A DNA stretch of 64,000 nucleotides from Nymphaea colorata (lineage: Eukaryota), in assembly GCF_008831285.2 (NCBI RefSeq), contig NC_045138.2, forward strand, positions 39,742,001 through 39,806,000. Reading direction: 5' to 3'. Below the pieces are notes generated by a model. It ran no database searches. It had not been told where the DNA came from and saw only the letters and a list, made by a program, of their open reading frames with translations. Position 1 is the stretch's first letter, and each line of letters starts with the position of its first letter. This document shows, piece by piece, positions 15,108-27,305 of the stretch. Both the position numbers and the translations under genes were made by a program.

Positions 15108-17330
15108 TAACAATAACAAATAAATATTCTTGCCGCACCGCCGCATTTTTTGGGATGTGCCGCACCGGCACCCCACACCTAGGTGACATAGTTTGTCTCT
15201 TTTAGCTTGGGAAATTTTATGAAAAATTCAGAAAAGACATGGCCAACGTTTTGTACTTTATATGTCAATGTGTTTCTGTGACTGTGCGGTATAGTTGTGT
15301 TGGTCATCTCCTGTTGGAATAGGCCATCTTCTCAATCTTGGCTGGGAATTGCTGTGTGAATAGCTGTGTAGTCATCTTCTGCTATATATTTCTTATAGAT
15401 GCTTTGGCTGTTATTGATGTTCCATACACATTTTCAGGTTAGGTCTCTGACACTTGATGTCAGGGTATGGGAGTCCTCCGTAATCAATTTATTCCAGTCA
15501 CTTGGTAATACATATGCTAACTCAATTTGGGAGAAGCAGTTGTATTTCACAAATAAATTGAGTTCAGATGATGCTGACACGAGGTATAATGATAATTTGA
15601 AAGTCATTTCTCTTTTTTCTGTATCACGTGTCCTAATGTCAACTTGTGGAAACTTATTTTTTCCTTGTCTTTCAGCTCTAGTGAATCTGAGGAGAACCAC
15701 CACCCAATCCTGATGAGCAAACCTGCTCCTGGCGATCCAATTTCATTTAAGGAAAAGTACATTCAATCGAAGGTAACTGCAGCCAGATTTCTCAGTTTAT
15801 TGAATAAATTGCACAAGTTGGCTTACTTTCTCTTTGTTAATTGTGGTAACATCCAAGGCTGCACGAGTATATGCATGGCATATTCACTGGGGAGAATGGT
15901 TGTGAAGAGAAAAAAGAAAAAAAAGTGGGAAGAGAGAAAAGGTGACTCAGAGAGGAAAGAGGGGTGAAAAGGCCAGTCCTAAAATAGGACTGCTTGAACC
16001 TATATATGTATATAATATTTTTATATTTATATATATATACACCCTTGCAGCACCTGCACCTGAAAAGTTGTATTTTTTCCCTTTAACTAATGAAATTAGT
16101 CTCCTTAATTGTAACATTTTAATTTCTTTGTCATTATAGTTCCTAACTGACCCTTATCATCTGTTTAGCTCACAGAGTGCCTGAGATGGATATTGGACTA
16201 ACTAAGAGTCTGGGAAGCCTAAATGTACTGTAAAATTGTAAACTCCTTATGCAATTGAAACATGTTGGTTGATACTTGATACAAAGAATGTCATCCTAGA
16301 TGTGCTTTAATCATGGAACTTGAACCACTGTATGCTTGGTATAGAAAGTAGGATTTTTTTCTGGAAAGGTGTACATTGACACTTTGACAGTATGAAAAAA
16401 CTGAGATTTTAAGATTGCTCTTCTCTAAAAATGAATATGTGATTTTATTTCGTTCTTAATTACATTAAACACAAGTAATCTTTCTTGCCAGAAAGTATAT
16501 TTCATGATTCTTGTTAAGACTGAGAGTAAAAATTATTTCAGTACGCAGAAAAGCTTTTTGTTCAAAGTCCGAACTCAAGTCAGAACCTTGTATCTGTAGC
16601 TCAACAGATGTGGGACAGTGTTCGTGCCAACAACAAGCAAGCTGTGTATCGCCTCATCGTGGATTCAAATGCTAATGTAAATGTTGTATATGGGAAGGGA
16701 TCAATTAGTCCAGTCCTGACTCTAGCAAATGTTATGCTTTTGCATGACCAACATAATTTACCGCATGATTGTGAAACTCCACACATAGAATTGGATGCTG
16801 CTAATAAGTCACTGGCAGTAGAGTCCTTGTCAAGACAGACAACCTGGGGAACCTCTTGCTCTCACTCTGAGTGGGCACCGTCCATAAGCAATCTGAGCTC
16901 GATGGGTACAAATGAGAACAGTGGTGAGCTGGATGAAGATCTTGAAGGCTGCTCCCTCCTCCACTTGGCATGCCATACTGCAGATATTGGCATGATAGAG
17001 CTTCTCCTGCAATATGGTGCTAAAATAAATGCTTCTGATGCTAAATGCCGAACACCTCTTCACCATAGCATTTTTGAAGGCCATAATGCAACTGCAAAGT
17101 TGCTTGTTTCTAGGTATTATATCAGTTTTTTCCCTTTTCTCATTTTTATTCACATTCATTGATCCTTTCTACCCAATGAATCTTAGTTTTGTGACACTTG
17201 ATAATGCTACAGAGGTGCCGATACTTTGGCTGTTGATGGAGATGGAAAGACCCCTCTTCAGTTAGGTATGGATGCAGGAACCATCAACGATGAAGAGCTT
17301 TTCATTCTTTTATCTGATATGAACAGATGA
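1873..17330 (+). CDS. ADP-ribosylation factor GTPase-activating protein, class 1 (BAR-PH-ArfGAP-ankyrin; AGD1-4/VAN3-like), 19 exons, about 861 aa
   Basis: Exons read by hand, all GT-AG and frame-consistent: 1873-1920, 2852-2928, 3401-3501, 4088-4158, 7561-7623, 8783-8827, 10904-10969, 11056-11103, 11276-11371, 11454-11495, 12205-12420, 12597-12728, 12836-13054, 13205-13291, 13398-13739, 15438-15583, 15676-15772, 16542-17113, 17213-17330. N-terminus [16 protein letters not shown] (BAR), PH domain [23 protein letters not shown], ArfGAP zinc finger [32 protein letters not shown], ankyrin repeats SLLHLAC / RTPLHHS / KTPLQL. Confidence 0.95.
4372..5226. mobile_element. Old non-autonomous TIR element (CTAWGTCAC family, hAT-like MITE) in AGD intron 4
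   Basis: Starts CTATGTCACATAG and ends ...CTTACATAG. Flanks TTGAAGAC / TTCAAGAT match at 6 of 8 (degenerate TSD). Subterminal GGGTGTGG/GCACCGG motifs; contains (AAAT)n and (TA)n tracts. Confidence 0.55.
5293..6419. mobile_element. Non-autonomous TIR element (CTAWGTCAC family), 1.1 kb, AGD intron 4
   Basis: Starts CTATGTCACATAGG and ends ACGTTACTTAG. Inverted subterminal arrays (GGTACG)n on the left and (CGTACC)n on the right. Flanked by TATATAT on both sides. No transposase ORF. Confidence 0.75.
14147..14308. repeat. Perfect 2 x 81 bp tandem duplication in AGD intron 15
   Basis: AAACATGAGGAAGC...TTCCTTCAAAG occurs at 14147-14227 and 14228-14308. The same repeat shows up as duplicated peptides in the spurious ORFs here. 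Confidence 0.9.
14607..15191. mobile_element. MITE of the CTAWGTCAC family with a perfect 8-bp TSD (hAT-like)
   Basis: TIRs CTAAGTCACCT ... AGGTGACATAG. TSD TTTGTCTC at 14599-14606 and 15192-15199. Subterminal GGGTGCGG / CCGCACC repeats. Confidence 0.85.
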
Positions 17331-18329
17331 CTTGAGGGCGCCGAATAGTGCAGATTTATTCTGTAAGATTAAGGGTCTGTGCCAGTTCATTCCAGGATGA
17401 GGTGAGCGTCTCGATCATTACTTTACTAGCAGTTGCCCTTGGTTTACTTATCTGGAAAAAACAGGAGTTGTTTTTAATACGTCAATTATATATGTCCAAC
17501 TAAGGTGGTCCTCATAGATTTATCCACTACGGAAGCCTTGAGCCTATTTTCATGGGTACAGTCGTGAAGTTTGTGATCGGGCCCTACCACCACCCGTTCA
17601 GTTACTATGGTTTGCGTTTTCAGTCTGTATACTTTCTCTTCGCCTGTAGCCTTGTCCTGTTGTCGGTTCTCCCACCTGTATTTTCTTCACAGATGGATCA
17701 TTATTGTTCATATTTTTTTATTGTAAACTCGACTTGTGTTGAAATCCTCGATGGAAGAGTACTGGCGGTCTTTACTATATCCTTCTCTTAATGTATAAAG
17801 TAAAAAAGCTTTCTGTCAAAAAATATAGGTTGGGAGCCCATCTGCCAACATATTTCATTGGAAAGGTTCAGATTTTGGGCAAACTAGTAAATTTCAAAAT
17901 AGTGAAGAGCAGTTGAGGATTAACCAACCACTATAAAGGTTTTTCTCTATAAGCGCCTCCAATTAGTTATGTTTGATTAGAAAAAGTGTCAAGATTTTGT
18001 ATCCAGATTGAGCCGACTTTGAAGTTTGAACTTTTGCCACCACTGATACATAAATAGTCTGAAATGACAGAGCATCAATATGAATCAAGACCTACATGGA
18101 TTGTTGTACCTACCTTGCTTACGGTTGCACAGGTTTCACACCTTGCTAACTTTACTTGACATGTAGACCCCATGCCTATAAAGGCTGAAGCTTAAACAAA
18201 CTCTTTATCTAAGGAAAGGAGGTCTAGGATTGGACATGTGGTCTCTCCTCAGTCTAAACAAAAGGACTATTTTTGTGAAGCAAGAGATAAGTACCCAAAC
18301 GTTTTACATCAGGGCATAATGGAAGCAGA

Positions 18330-19345
18330 GCATGATAGATGCACATCCTTAGTGCCAAGGTGATGGTGGAGTAATGAGCAACTTCCAATTACTCTGTTGG
18401 TTCTATCAAACTTTCTAGTTGGAAAAAATATTTTACCTCTTAAGAATGTTTTGGTGGTACCTGAAATTACCAAAAAAAAAAAGGAAAAAAAAAACTTTCG
18501 TTAATCTTGCAAGTGACGTGCAATCACCTTTGAGTTTACTGCCGATTCCTCTTTATTAAGAACACAGTTGGTAGGGAATAGACGAGAAGATCTCTTTAAG
18601 CTTCAGTTGTCCAACCAACCAAATGCATCCTATTCTCCACACGATTTCATATAGCCACATCTCATGTTTGGCATAACCGACTAGGCCGTTGTTACACTCG
18701 TGTTATTAAATTTCTTTCTAAGAACAAGGTCATTGATTAATTTAAAACCTAATGACACTGCTTTTTCTACTTGTTCAAGTTGCCAACTGGGCAAATCTAG
18801 TTGCTTACAAATAAATAATGAAACTTTTCAAATGTTTTAAAAAATTCGTTGTGATTTATGGGGACCAGCCCCTATCAAGTCCTCTCTAGGATTTTGTTAC
18901 TATGTGTTGTTTGTAGCTCATTGCACGAGATATTCATGGATCTACTTATTGAGAGGCAAGCACGATTTTTTTGGCGAATTTTTGGAGCTCCATAAAATGA
19001 TACAAGCACAATTTGGAGGCACAGAAAAACATATTAAATAGACAAGGAAGGAGAATTTAACAGCAATCGTCATTGCAGATTTCTAGGTCCCAATTGCATT
19101 TTTTTGTGTTCGAAAACAACGCGTTGTTTGTTCATTCATCTTCCCAAACTGAATACCAAGCTTCTTTTTGTGCAACTGCGGAGCTTATGTAGCTTACCTT
19201 TCTTGTTCAAGACATTGGCATTTACCTATCCAAACGAACTTTACCATTATGCATTATTTTTTCCGGCTTACAGGCAAATAACTAAACCAGCATATCGCTC
19301 CAGGTGAAGCATGTTGAGCTGGATTTTCATTTTGTACAAGGAACT
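18330..19345 (+). mobile_element. Degenerate, internally deleted Ty1/copia retrotransposon pol relic
   Basis: Broken frames give LPLKNVLVVPEI (about 18435), WHNRLG (GAG-pre-integrase, about 18670), CSSCQLGKS (about 18772), CDLWGPAPI and YYVLFV..TRYSWIYLL (integrase, 18850-18955) and KHVELDFHFVQ (RNase H, about 19307). Order is copia-type. RT is missing and no LTRs were recognised. Confidence 0.8.
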
Positions 19346-20167
19346 GTTGCTCCTGAATCTATTATCAGACCATGTAATAATAATTTTAATTCAGAAGATC
19401 ATGATCTGTGAGATTCTCCCCGTATTCAATTTTGTCTGAAACTCGTTCGTTCTCATACATCTAACTCCCCTGTCTAGACTGGGTTCTCAGACTAAAAATT
19501 TTCATTTGGTCGCTTTAAAAATTTTGCACATATTTTTAGCCCCAGAAAAGACTTCGAAAAGTATTAACAAAAAATTTTTTAGCTCTGCCCCTGTTCCCAA
19601 CCATGCCTATCCAGGTGATATTTGGAGGGTGCATGGACATAATCGGTTGAGATCAGGCCAAATAAGGGTGGAGGCAAGGTGGGTCTGGCAAAGGACATGG
19701 CCTCCACTCAAACTTCTAGAAAATAATTTTTTTATTTGTAAATTTTAAAAATTTTAGTTTAAACATCTAAAACATTTTAAAAATTATATTTTTGGGCTCC
19801 TATTAAAATTTTGAAAGTATAGTTCCCACCAGCCAAAAGTTTCAAGTTGTTTGGTAGCACCAATGAATCTCTGCTGTCGTGACTTATCTAGCGTTACAGA
19901 AACCAGTTATGGCAACTCAAAGAAGACAAGTTCTTGGTTAAACTTGGATGGGTCTTTCTCAATCACAACGTTCATGGGTCCCCCGTGAGATATCTTATCC
20001 ACACAAGACAAACCTTACCATGTGGCTTCACCTAAACGGCAACCTCATCCAAGTCGCGTCATGGATTTATATATCTCCTGCACAGCCATTTCTATTTCAG
20101 CAGCAAAAGGAACTGAAGAACTCTTTGATTTCCTGATCTCGCAGCAAAGCCAAAAACTGTAACCAAA

Positions 20168-20834
20168 ATGCAGGCTGCTCTGAGTCTTTGCACGCCCATT
20201 TCTATCCCAAGAAACAAGAACCCTCTGTCATGGACGACCGCCAAGCCAAGGAAGAACTCGATTCTACTGCGCCCACGAGTCACCTCTGCTGCTGAATCTG
20301 TCACAGCCGACTATAGCTCTGCGACCTCGTGAGCTCTCATGTTCTTTCTCTTGTTTCTACTGTTTTTGTTATGGCATATACTTAATTATATACAGCAGCA
20401 ACTGGGGGAAAACCCCAATTTTTTGACTAGGCTCAGTTCCTTTGTCATGTTCCTCTTGCAATCGCTGCGTTGGAGATTTTATATTTGTCTGGGACCTTTT
20501 GTAGCGTCTTTCCAGCAGAAGCATGTGATGTGGTAGGAGGAGAAGCATGTGATGCAGTCATGTATCCAGAGGTGAAGCCCACAGCAGAGATGGTCAGCAG
20601 CAGAGCAGGCCAAAATGCCACTGAGGAAGTTGACCGAGAATACTTGGAGTACAATGAGCCCAAGACGTAAGCAGTTGCATTCTCTCGACTTTCCTCTGCT
20701 TATCCAAGTCCACAGAGATGGTAAACCTTCACTCACGTTTGTTTACGTGGTCCAGGGTGTTTCCAGATGAGGCCTGCGATGATCTCGGTGGGGAATTCTG
20801 TGAAGCAGAGTACCAGAAGGGAGTTAGTTCATAG
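20168..20834 (+). CDS. LIR1: Light-regulated protein Lir1 (chloroplast), 3 exons, 133 aa
   Basis: Exons 20168-20328, 20505-20666, 20756-20834. Transit-peptide-like N-terminus MQAALSLCTP. Carries the duplicated Lir1 motif VFPAEACDVVGGEAC / VFPDEACDDLGGEFC and EVDREYLEYNEPKT. Confidence 0.92.
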
Positions 20835-22604
20835 ATGGAAAACTTACAGAGAATCGTTTCATGGCTTTCACTGTAGCATTATCTACCATGCCAACATGAT
20901 GGATCATGAAATGTGAACAAGATGACGGGGCGTGTCTGTACGTGCTATTTCCTTTTAAAACTATCATATATAGCTTGTAGATGAACTGGTTTTGACAAAA
21001 ACAAAAATATCCACTGGTGTGTAAATCTCTAACTGGGACTTTGCTGTTTACAAACCACAAAAGCTCCTCGGGCTGGACATCAGGAAAAAAAAATGGGAGC
21101 TCTGAGAAAAAACAGAACAAGAGGAGGGAGTGTCCTCTCAAGCTCTTGCTTCACAGGCTATCCAACATCTGCAGGAAACTGCAGAAACTAGGTTCAATAG
21201 GAATCATAGGACAGGAGCTCTTGCCTGAACGTCAATGTCAATCATCATATGATTGTTTCCCCTAGACTTGAAGAGTTGCTGCAGGTTTTGATGCCTTAGA
21301 TTCACACATGAAACACTAAGAATGTGCATAAGAATAATATCGCGTTAGAAATGGTGGTAGGAAATTATTGCTATTAAGCATTAAAACTTACCTGGAACAT
21401 GCAAACACCTACAGAAGGATTTCAAGTCTGGCAAGCATTTCTTCCAAAAAAGAAAAAAAAAATGTTCACAAGGGAAAAAAAAAAAAACTTTGCTGCATGG
21501 TCAGAAATTTCGTCTTTCAAAATCAAAGCCCCCAGTATAGTAGTTGATGATCCCAGAAAGGCTGGGAATCCAACCCTGTAAAGCAGCAGCAGTACATTTG
21601 CCAACATGGTCTTCAAGTTCAGATATCAGGTTTTCCTTATCATTGCATTTTGGCTGCCCTGAGCAGTTGAACATATCCGGCTATGTCACATAGACATGCC
21701 TGGAAGAGCGCTGAACTTAGCAGTACGGGTAGGAGACAAGGCAAAATTGTAATCTTTGTTTTTCTGGTCTATTTTCATGCTTTTTATTAGTAATTTATAT
21801 AATGTTTAAATTATATGATCCTTATTGTATATTGGGAACTAGAGGTGAATTAAAAATTCTATTAAGCAATTTTTAGAAAGTCAGAAACTTGAGTACTTTT
21901 TAGTGCTTTAATAGTAAATGTCTTCAGAAGAGGAAGACTTGCATGAGTTCATCTTACCAATCAATTTTTCTAGAAAATTAAATATCCTTGGTATGTCGTC
22001 TGAGAGAAAGAGGGAGAGGGAGACCTTCCTAGTTAAGAAATTTCTGTATCGGAAACTTTTCTATTTTAAATAATTCATGCACAATGGAAATTTGCGTGAC
22101 ATTTTTTTCTCCTTCCCCATTTAATTGTGGGGTTAAATGCAAATAAATGAAAGTACATTTGGAGGCTGGAGCACCTTATCATTATTACCAATATGTGAGT
22201 GCTCGTATAGATGAATAAGCATCCGGTGATGGCAGCGTGCACAGCACACATACATGCAATTGCAAGAAGCACTTCCTAAAAGTGATGCATAAAACCACAA
22301 AAAATTGTTTTCTTTTCTTCCAACTGAAATATAAAAAATAAAGCTTCAATTAGCAAGGAAATGCACAGCAGGACAAGGCAGGAAGACCCGCCACAAACAA
22401 TTCGCAGTTACAGTGTAATATTTCCCAAGTACATGCGGTTCCAGTTAATAGATCTTATCATACCAAAGTTATCACAAGAATGTTTTACAGGAGGATTTTA
22501 TCAACCATCACTTCTTATAGGAAGCCACTCTCCCACCTCCCTCTTCAAGTATCTTCTCCCAGCTGCTACATATGTACAACCTAGGTACTTCATACTTGGT
22601 TGAC

Positions 22605-23090
22605 GTTCATCTATTTTAATCCATTCTCATCCTATGATCAACAAATGATACGGCCAATAGAGCACAAGAATACCACATTAGTGCTTGTCATTCATCTACT
22701 TTCATCCATTAATCATCTCTAACCGCAACAAATGGTACAGCCTAAAGAGAGCAAGGGGTAAGGACCCAAGATGCATCATGCATGTTGCCGCAGCATATTC
22801 ACTGTTTTGCAATTGTACACCCTTGTGCCTTGTCTGAACCATTTCAGTGATGGTTCTGACATCTGCTTTAATCGCTTCTTGACCTATGATCAACGGATGG
22901 TACGGGCAACGGATCACAAGAGTTCCACATTGGTTCTTGTCGTTCACCTACTTTTATCCATTAATCATCTCTGACCACAGTAATTGGAATAGCCAACAGA
23001 GAGCAAGGACCCAAGATGCATGTTGCGGCAGCAGTCAATGTTCTGCAATTGTACACCATTGTCTGAACCATTTTAGTGGCCATATTACTG
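22605..23090. repeat. Diverged 252-bp tandem duplication with an internal ~85-bp subrepeat
   Basis: CCTATGATCAAC at 22631 and 22883. TTCA(T/C)CTA(T/C)TTT..TCCATT at 22606, 22691 and 22943. GGACCCAAGATGCAT and GCAATTGTACACC..TGTCTGAACCATTT each occur twice. Confidence 0.75.
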
Positions 23091-23951
23091 ATATAAGGAT
23101 GAAGAGGACCAGGAGACATGAAGAGCAAATTCTCTTCCCATCCTTGAAACTCACTTAAGTGTAGAACTAATCATCCTCTAAACCTTTACGATCTCTCACT
23201 TACAGAAGATATTGACCCTTAACCAACAGCCACGCATGGCTGTATGCAACCTGCTAAAAACAATGAAAAAGAAGTAAATTTATTTGAGAAATCAAGAAAG
23301 CAAGAGAAATTAAAAAATGCTGTAAAGTTTCACTTGTTTAACCTAAACAAAATTCTAGGTCTTACGGCGAGAATCAACCCCTAGTAGCTGGGATTCTTCT
23401 GAGGATACATATCCTAACCCCTATCTGTCTCCTAACTAGCTTCACAATAATGGCAGAACTTTGTCCCTGCCAGGACGTGTACATGAGCTCTTAAAGGGAT
23501 TAAACAAGAATATGTGCAAGAAGCTACAAAAGGAATAAAAGTCGGGACACGCATAAATTTTCTATTTATTGGAGCTGCTTACATACTTGATCATCGCGTT
23601 GTTTAAGTTGAGCACATCCACTCTAGATGCTAGAAAACTTCTGCCGACTAAATTACCATATGTACAGCTAACAGGTAATTCAAATGCCTGATATTTTCCA
23701 TAGCCAGCAACTGCAATGGTCTCCAAATTATCTTCTGCGTTCTTTGCATAGCTAGGCTGACAAGTGGCAAATGAAGGTAGGATGACCACAATGATGTTGA
23801 AGAGCAAGTCGACAAAGTGTTATCTCCATGGCATACTTTCTAGGCTCCAAAGACGCTTGAGCTATTAGCTAGTAGATTTCCCAGCACATTATGTCGCCAT
23901 GGTTGGGTACCAAGGTCTTCCAAATGCCATCCAAGCAGCAAGTGAACGGTG

Positions 23952-26900
23952 CTATGAGTTACCCCCGCAAGCAGCATCCTCTGTAACTTGCTTTGCTATA
24001 TTCTCAGCTTCACTAATATTGCCCATTTTATGGTGACCATCAACCATTATGCTCAAAGTAGCTTCATCAGGTGTAAATCCTTGTTCTATCATTTTCTGGA
24101 AAAGTCCAGAGGCTTTAACCATATCACCTGCTTTGCAGAAGCCTTGAATCAAGGTTCTATATGCAGTCATTTCAGGATCGATTCCATGCTTCCCCATTCC
24201 ATTAAACAACTCAAAAGCTTTGGAGATTTCTCCTATGCTGCAAAGAACACCAATGAATTGGTCATATAGAACCTTATTCAGTCTGATGTCATTTGTTAAG
24301 ATCTCATTGTAGAGCATCAAGGCCTTAATGGAGTTTGTTTCCAGACATAAAGCACGGATAAGAACAGAACAAACAGCTTCATCGACTTTACAACCCTTAA
24401 GCAACATTTCATCAATCAAACTAAAAGCTTGCTCCATGCTTCCAACCTTAACATATCCATCAATAAGGGAGGTATAGACAACAGCATCGGGCACTAATTC
24501 TCTCTCCTGCATTTCTTTAAATAGGCGATAGCCTTCCTGCATGTTGCTTGATTTGCAGTAGCCATTAATCAGAGTTCCGTAGGTCATTTCATCAGGTACA
24601 ACCTGCTTCGTTGTCATCTCTTCGAGTAACTGTGCAGCCTCTTGAAGCTTCCCAAGCCTGCAGAAACCACCTATTAGTGTGTTGAAAGAACAAGTCGTCA
24701 TTGCGAATCCTTTGTGCGACATGGCCTGAATCAGTTCATGAGCCCTCTCCATGTTTCCTTCCATGCAGCAGCCGTGAATAAGCGCGTTATATGCAAACTG
24801 GTCCAATTGTATGCCGTCTGATACAATCTCCTCATACAGCATCAACGCCTCTGAAAGATTTTTTAATTTGCAGTAACCTTCAAACATTATTGTATACGTC
24901 CGATTGTCTGGTATTATGCCCTTTTCTTTAATGTTTCCTAATATTTCTTTAGCTCTTGCAATGTCACCTGACTTCATGAGGCCATCAATAAGAGCGTTAT
25001 ATGTGACGATATTGGGATATACTCCCTTGACAAGCATCTCATCATGCAACTGAAAGGCTCTCTCCATGTCACCCTGCTTGCAAAATCCAGATATCAGACC
25101 TGTGTAAGTGTAAACATCAGGAGCGAGGTTTTTCTCATTCAGTTCAGCAAATATCTTCAATGCCTCATTCATCTTCCCAATCTTAGCAAGGCCATGTATC
25201 AAGACACTGTAGATCTGCACTCCAGGAACGATGCCTCTGGCAAACATTGAACGGAAAATAGAAAATGCTTTTGTCATATTCTCCGATTTGCAGTGCCCGC
25301 CTATAATGGCAGTATAGATAACTTCATTTGGAGATAATCCCCGAGCCATCATATCCTCAAATACTCCATCAGCCTCATCCATTTGCCCAGCCTTACAGTA
25401 ACCATGAACTAGAGGACCATACGTATACACAGTGGGTGTCAATCCTCTTTGTACAATTTCTTTCAGATAAGCAACTGCTTCTTCCATTTTTCCCACTTTG
25501 CACAAGCCGTTGATAAGAGCATTGAAGCAAAACACATCAGGGGGAACAGCGCTTCCAGGCATCTTACTAAAAATGTTCTGAGCCTCTTCGATTTTACCTT
25601 CCTTGCAATATCCAGCAATAAGCGTTGTGTAGGTAACAGCATTGGGCCTTACTGATGATCCCTCCATCGCCTCCAAAACACCACTAGCTAGTTTCGATTC
25701 CCCATTTCTGCATAGCCCATTGATTAAGATACTATAAGTTACCACATTCGGAGGAATATCCATCTTCTTCATTTCATCAAACACTTCAAGCGCCTTCAAA
25801 GAATTCTTCGTGTAACAGTAACCCTCGATGAGGGAGTTATAAGTTAAAGTGTCCGGCTTGTACCCCTTCTCTATCATCTCGTTCAAGAGTTCCTGGGCTT
25901 CCTTCATTCTCCCAATCTTACAAGCACTATTGATAATGATATTATATGTAACGCCATTCTTTTGTACTCCGGCTTCCCCCATCTCACGCCAAATCCTAAA
26001 TGCCTCTTCAACGTCCCTATCTTTCATCAGTCCATCTATCAAGGACGTATAAACAACGGAATTCGGCTTCAGACCTATACTTTGCATCTCATTTAGGTAG
26101 AGTTTCGCTTCCTTCGATCTCTTCGCTTTACACAACCAATTCACAAGAGTACCATACGTGTAACCGTCAGCAACCAAACCCTTCTCCTCCATCTTCTTCT
26201 TCAGCACCACAGCTTCATTAATGGCGCCTGCCCGACACAAGCCGCCGATCAATGAATTGTAAGAAACTGCATTTGGTTCGATTCCCTTCCTTTCCATCTC
26301 CGCAAAAATCCTCCTGGCCTCATCAACTTGCCCAATCTTACAAAACGCGTTGATCAGAATGGTGAACGTATAGACATCGGGTTCCACCCCCAGGCCCACT
26401 ATATCATCATAAACCTTCCAAAATATGTCCATCCGATTAACCTTAAGAGTCGATCCCATAAGCGAATTACAGAAACGCAGACCAGGCGCGAACCCCCCCT
26501 TTCTGCACTCGTGCAGAGCTCGAGCGGCATCATCCATCCTACCAGAGCCCACATACACATCCATTAGTGTCTCAAACGCCACGGCGTTCAATCCGAATTT
26601 GGCGTTAGCTCCGGCGACAGATTCCAGGATCGCACCGGGACCGGCTCGCTCGTACGCACGGAGCATCCGTTCGGCGACGGTTCGCGCAAGACTGAACATA
26701 GAAGAACTGCTCAAGAAAACGAGAAGAAAGGAGAAGGAAGCCAAGGTTGGGGGGCAACCCATCGTCTGCTCGGACCAATTGAAAAAGTCGAGAAGGCGAT
26801 AATGATCGGACACCTGGTTGCGAAGGAGTACGTTCTCGACGACATCCGGCCGAAGTCGCGATCGGATATTGGAGGAGGAATTCAGGAGGTCTTGCCATTT

Positions 26901-27089
26901 GCGGTGGCGGAGGAGATCGCAGATCTCATCAGCCCATTTCACGCCGTTTTTGGGATCCGACGCCGATTCGTCGCCGTCAAGGGCGCCGGAAGAATGGCAG
27001 CCGCAGAAACCTAGCTTTTTGGAGGCGCGGGAAGGAACGCACGGGTGTCTGAGCACGGAAGCGGAAGCTCTTGCTCTGAGAGTCCGCAT
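23952..27089 (-). CDS. P-class pentatricopeptide repeat protein, 1045 aa, intronless CDS, probably organelle-targeted
   Basis: Single 3.1-kb ORF with about 20 or more tandem 35-aa repeats (e.g. VYTFTILINAFCKIGQVDEARRIFAEMERKGIEPN). Arg/Ser-rich N-terminus. No E/DYW domain. Confidence 0.97.
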   Translation of the reverse strand: MRTLRARASASVLRHPCVPSRASKKLGFCGCHSSGALDGDESASDPKNGVKWADEICDLLRHRKWQDLLNSSSNIRSRLRPDVVENVLLRNQVSDHYRLLDFFNWSEQTMGCPPTLASFSFLLVFLSSSSMFSLARTVAERMLRAYERAGPGAILESVAGANAKFGLNAVAFETLMDVYVGSGRMDDAARALHECRKGGFAPGLRFCNSLMGSTLKVNRMDIFWKVYDDIVGLGVEPDVYTFTILINAFCKIGQVDEARRIFAEMERKGIEPNAVSYNSLIGGLCRAGAINEAVVLKKKMEEKGLVADGYTYGTLVNWLCKAKRSKEAKLYLNEMQSIGLKPNSVVYTSLIDGLMKDRDVEEAFRIWREMGEAGVQKNGVTYNIIINSACKIGRMKEAQELLNEMIEKGYKPDTLTYNSLIEGYCYTKNSLKALEVFDEMKKMDIPPNVVTYSILINGLCRNGESKLASGVLEAMEGSSVRPNAVTYTTLIAGYCKEGKIEEAQNIFSKMPGSAVPPDVFCFNALINGLCKVGKMEEAVAYLKEIVQRGLTPTVYTYGPLVHGYCKAGQMDEADGVFEDMMARGLSPNEVIYTAIIGGHCKSENMTKAFSIFRSMFARGIVPGVQIYSVLIHGLAKIGKMNEALKIFAELNEKNLAPDVYTYTGLISGFCKQGDMERAFQLHDEMLVKGVYPNIVTYNALIDGLMKSGDIARAKEILGNIKEKGIIPDNRTYTIMFEGYCKLKNLSEALMLYEEIVSDGIQLDQFAYNALIHGCCMEGNMERAHELIQAMSHKGFAMTTCSFNTLIGGFCRLGKLQEAAQLLEEMTTKQVVPDEMTYGTLINGYCKSSNMQEGYRLFKEMQERELVPDAVVYTSLIDGYVKVGSMEQAFSLIDEMLLKGCKVDEAVCSVLIRALCLETNSIKALMLYNEILTNDIRLNKVLYDQFIGVLCSIGEISKAFELFNGMGKHGIDPEMTAYRTLIQGFCKAGDMVKASGLFQKMIEQGFTPDEATLSIMVDGHHKMGNISEAENIAKQVTEDAACGGNS

Positions 27090-27305
27090 CTGCGCCGCAC
27101 AGGAGGGAGAGAGAGAGAGGGAGAGAGATGTGATTCTGCGGGCTGCTCATGAGGAAGCGGGTCGGGTTAGGAAAAACGGTGCAAGTGATCTTATATCCGT
27201 TTTATTCTTTGTTGTACATTCGCACTCATGCGGACAAATTTACTTAATATTTCATTTCAGCCCCTCAACCTAATTTATTTTCTTTTAATAAATAAATGTC
27301 TCGAA

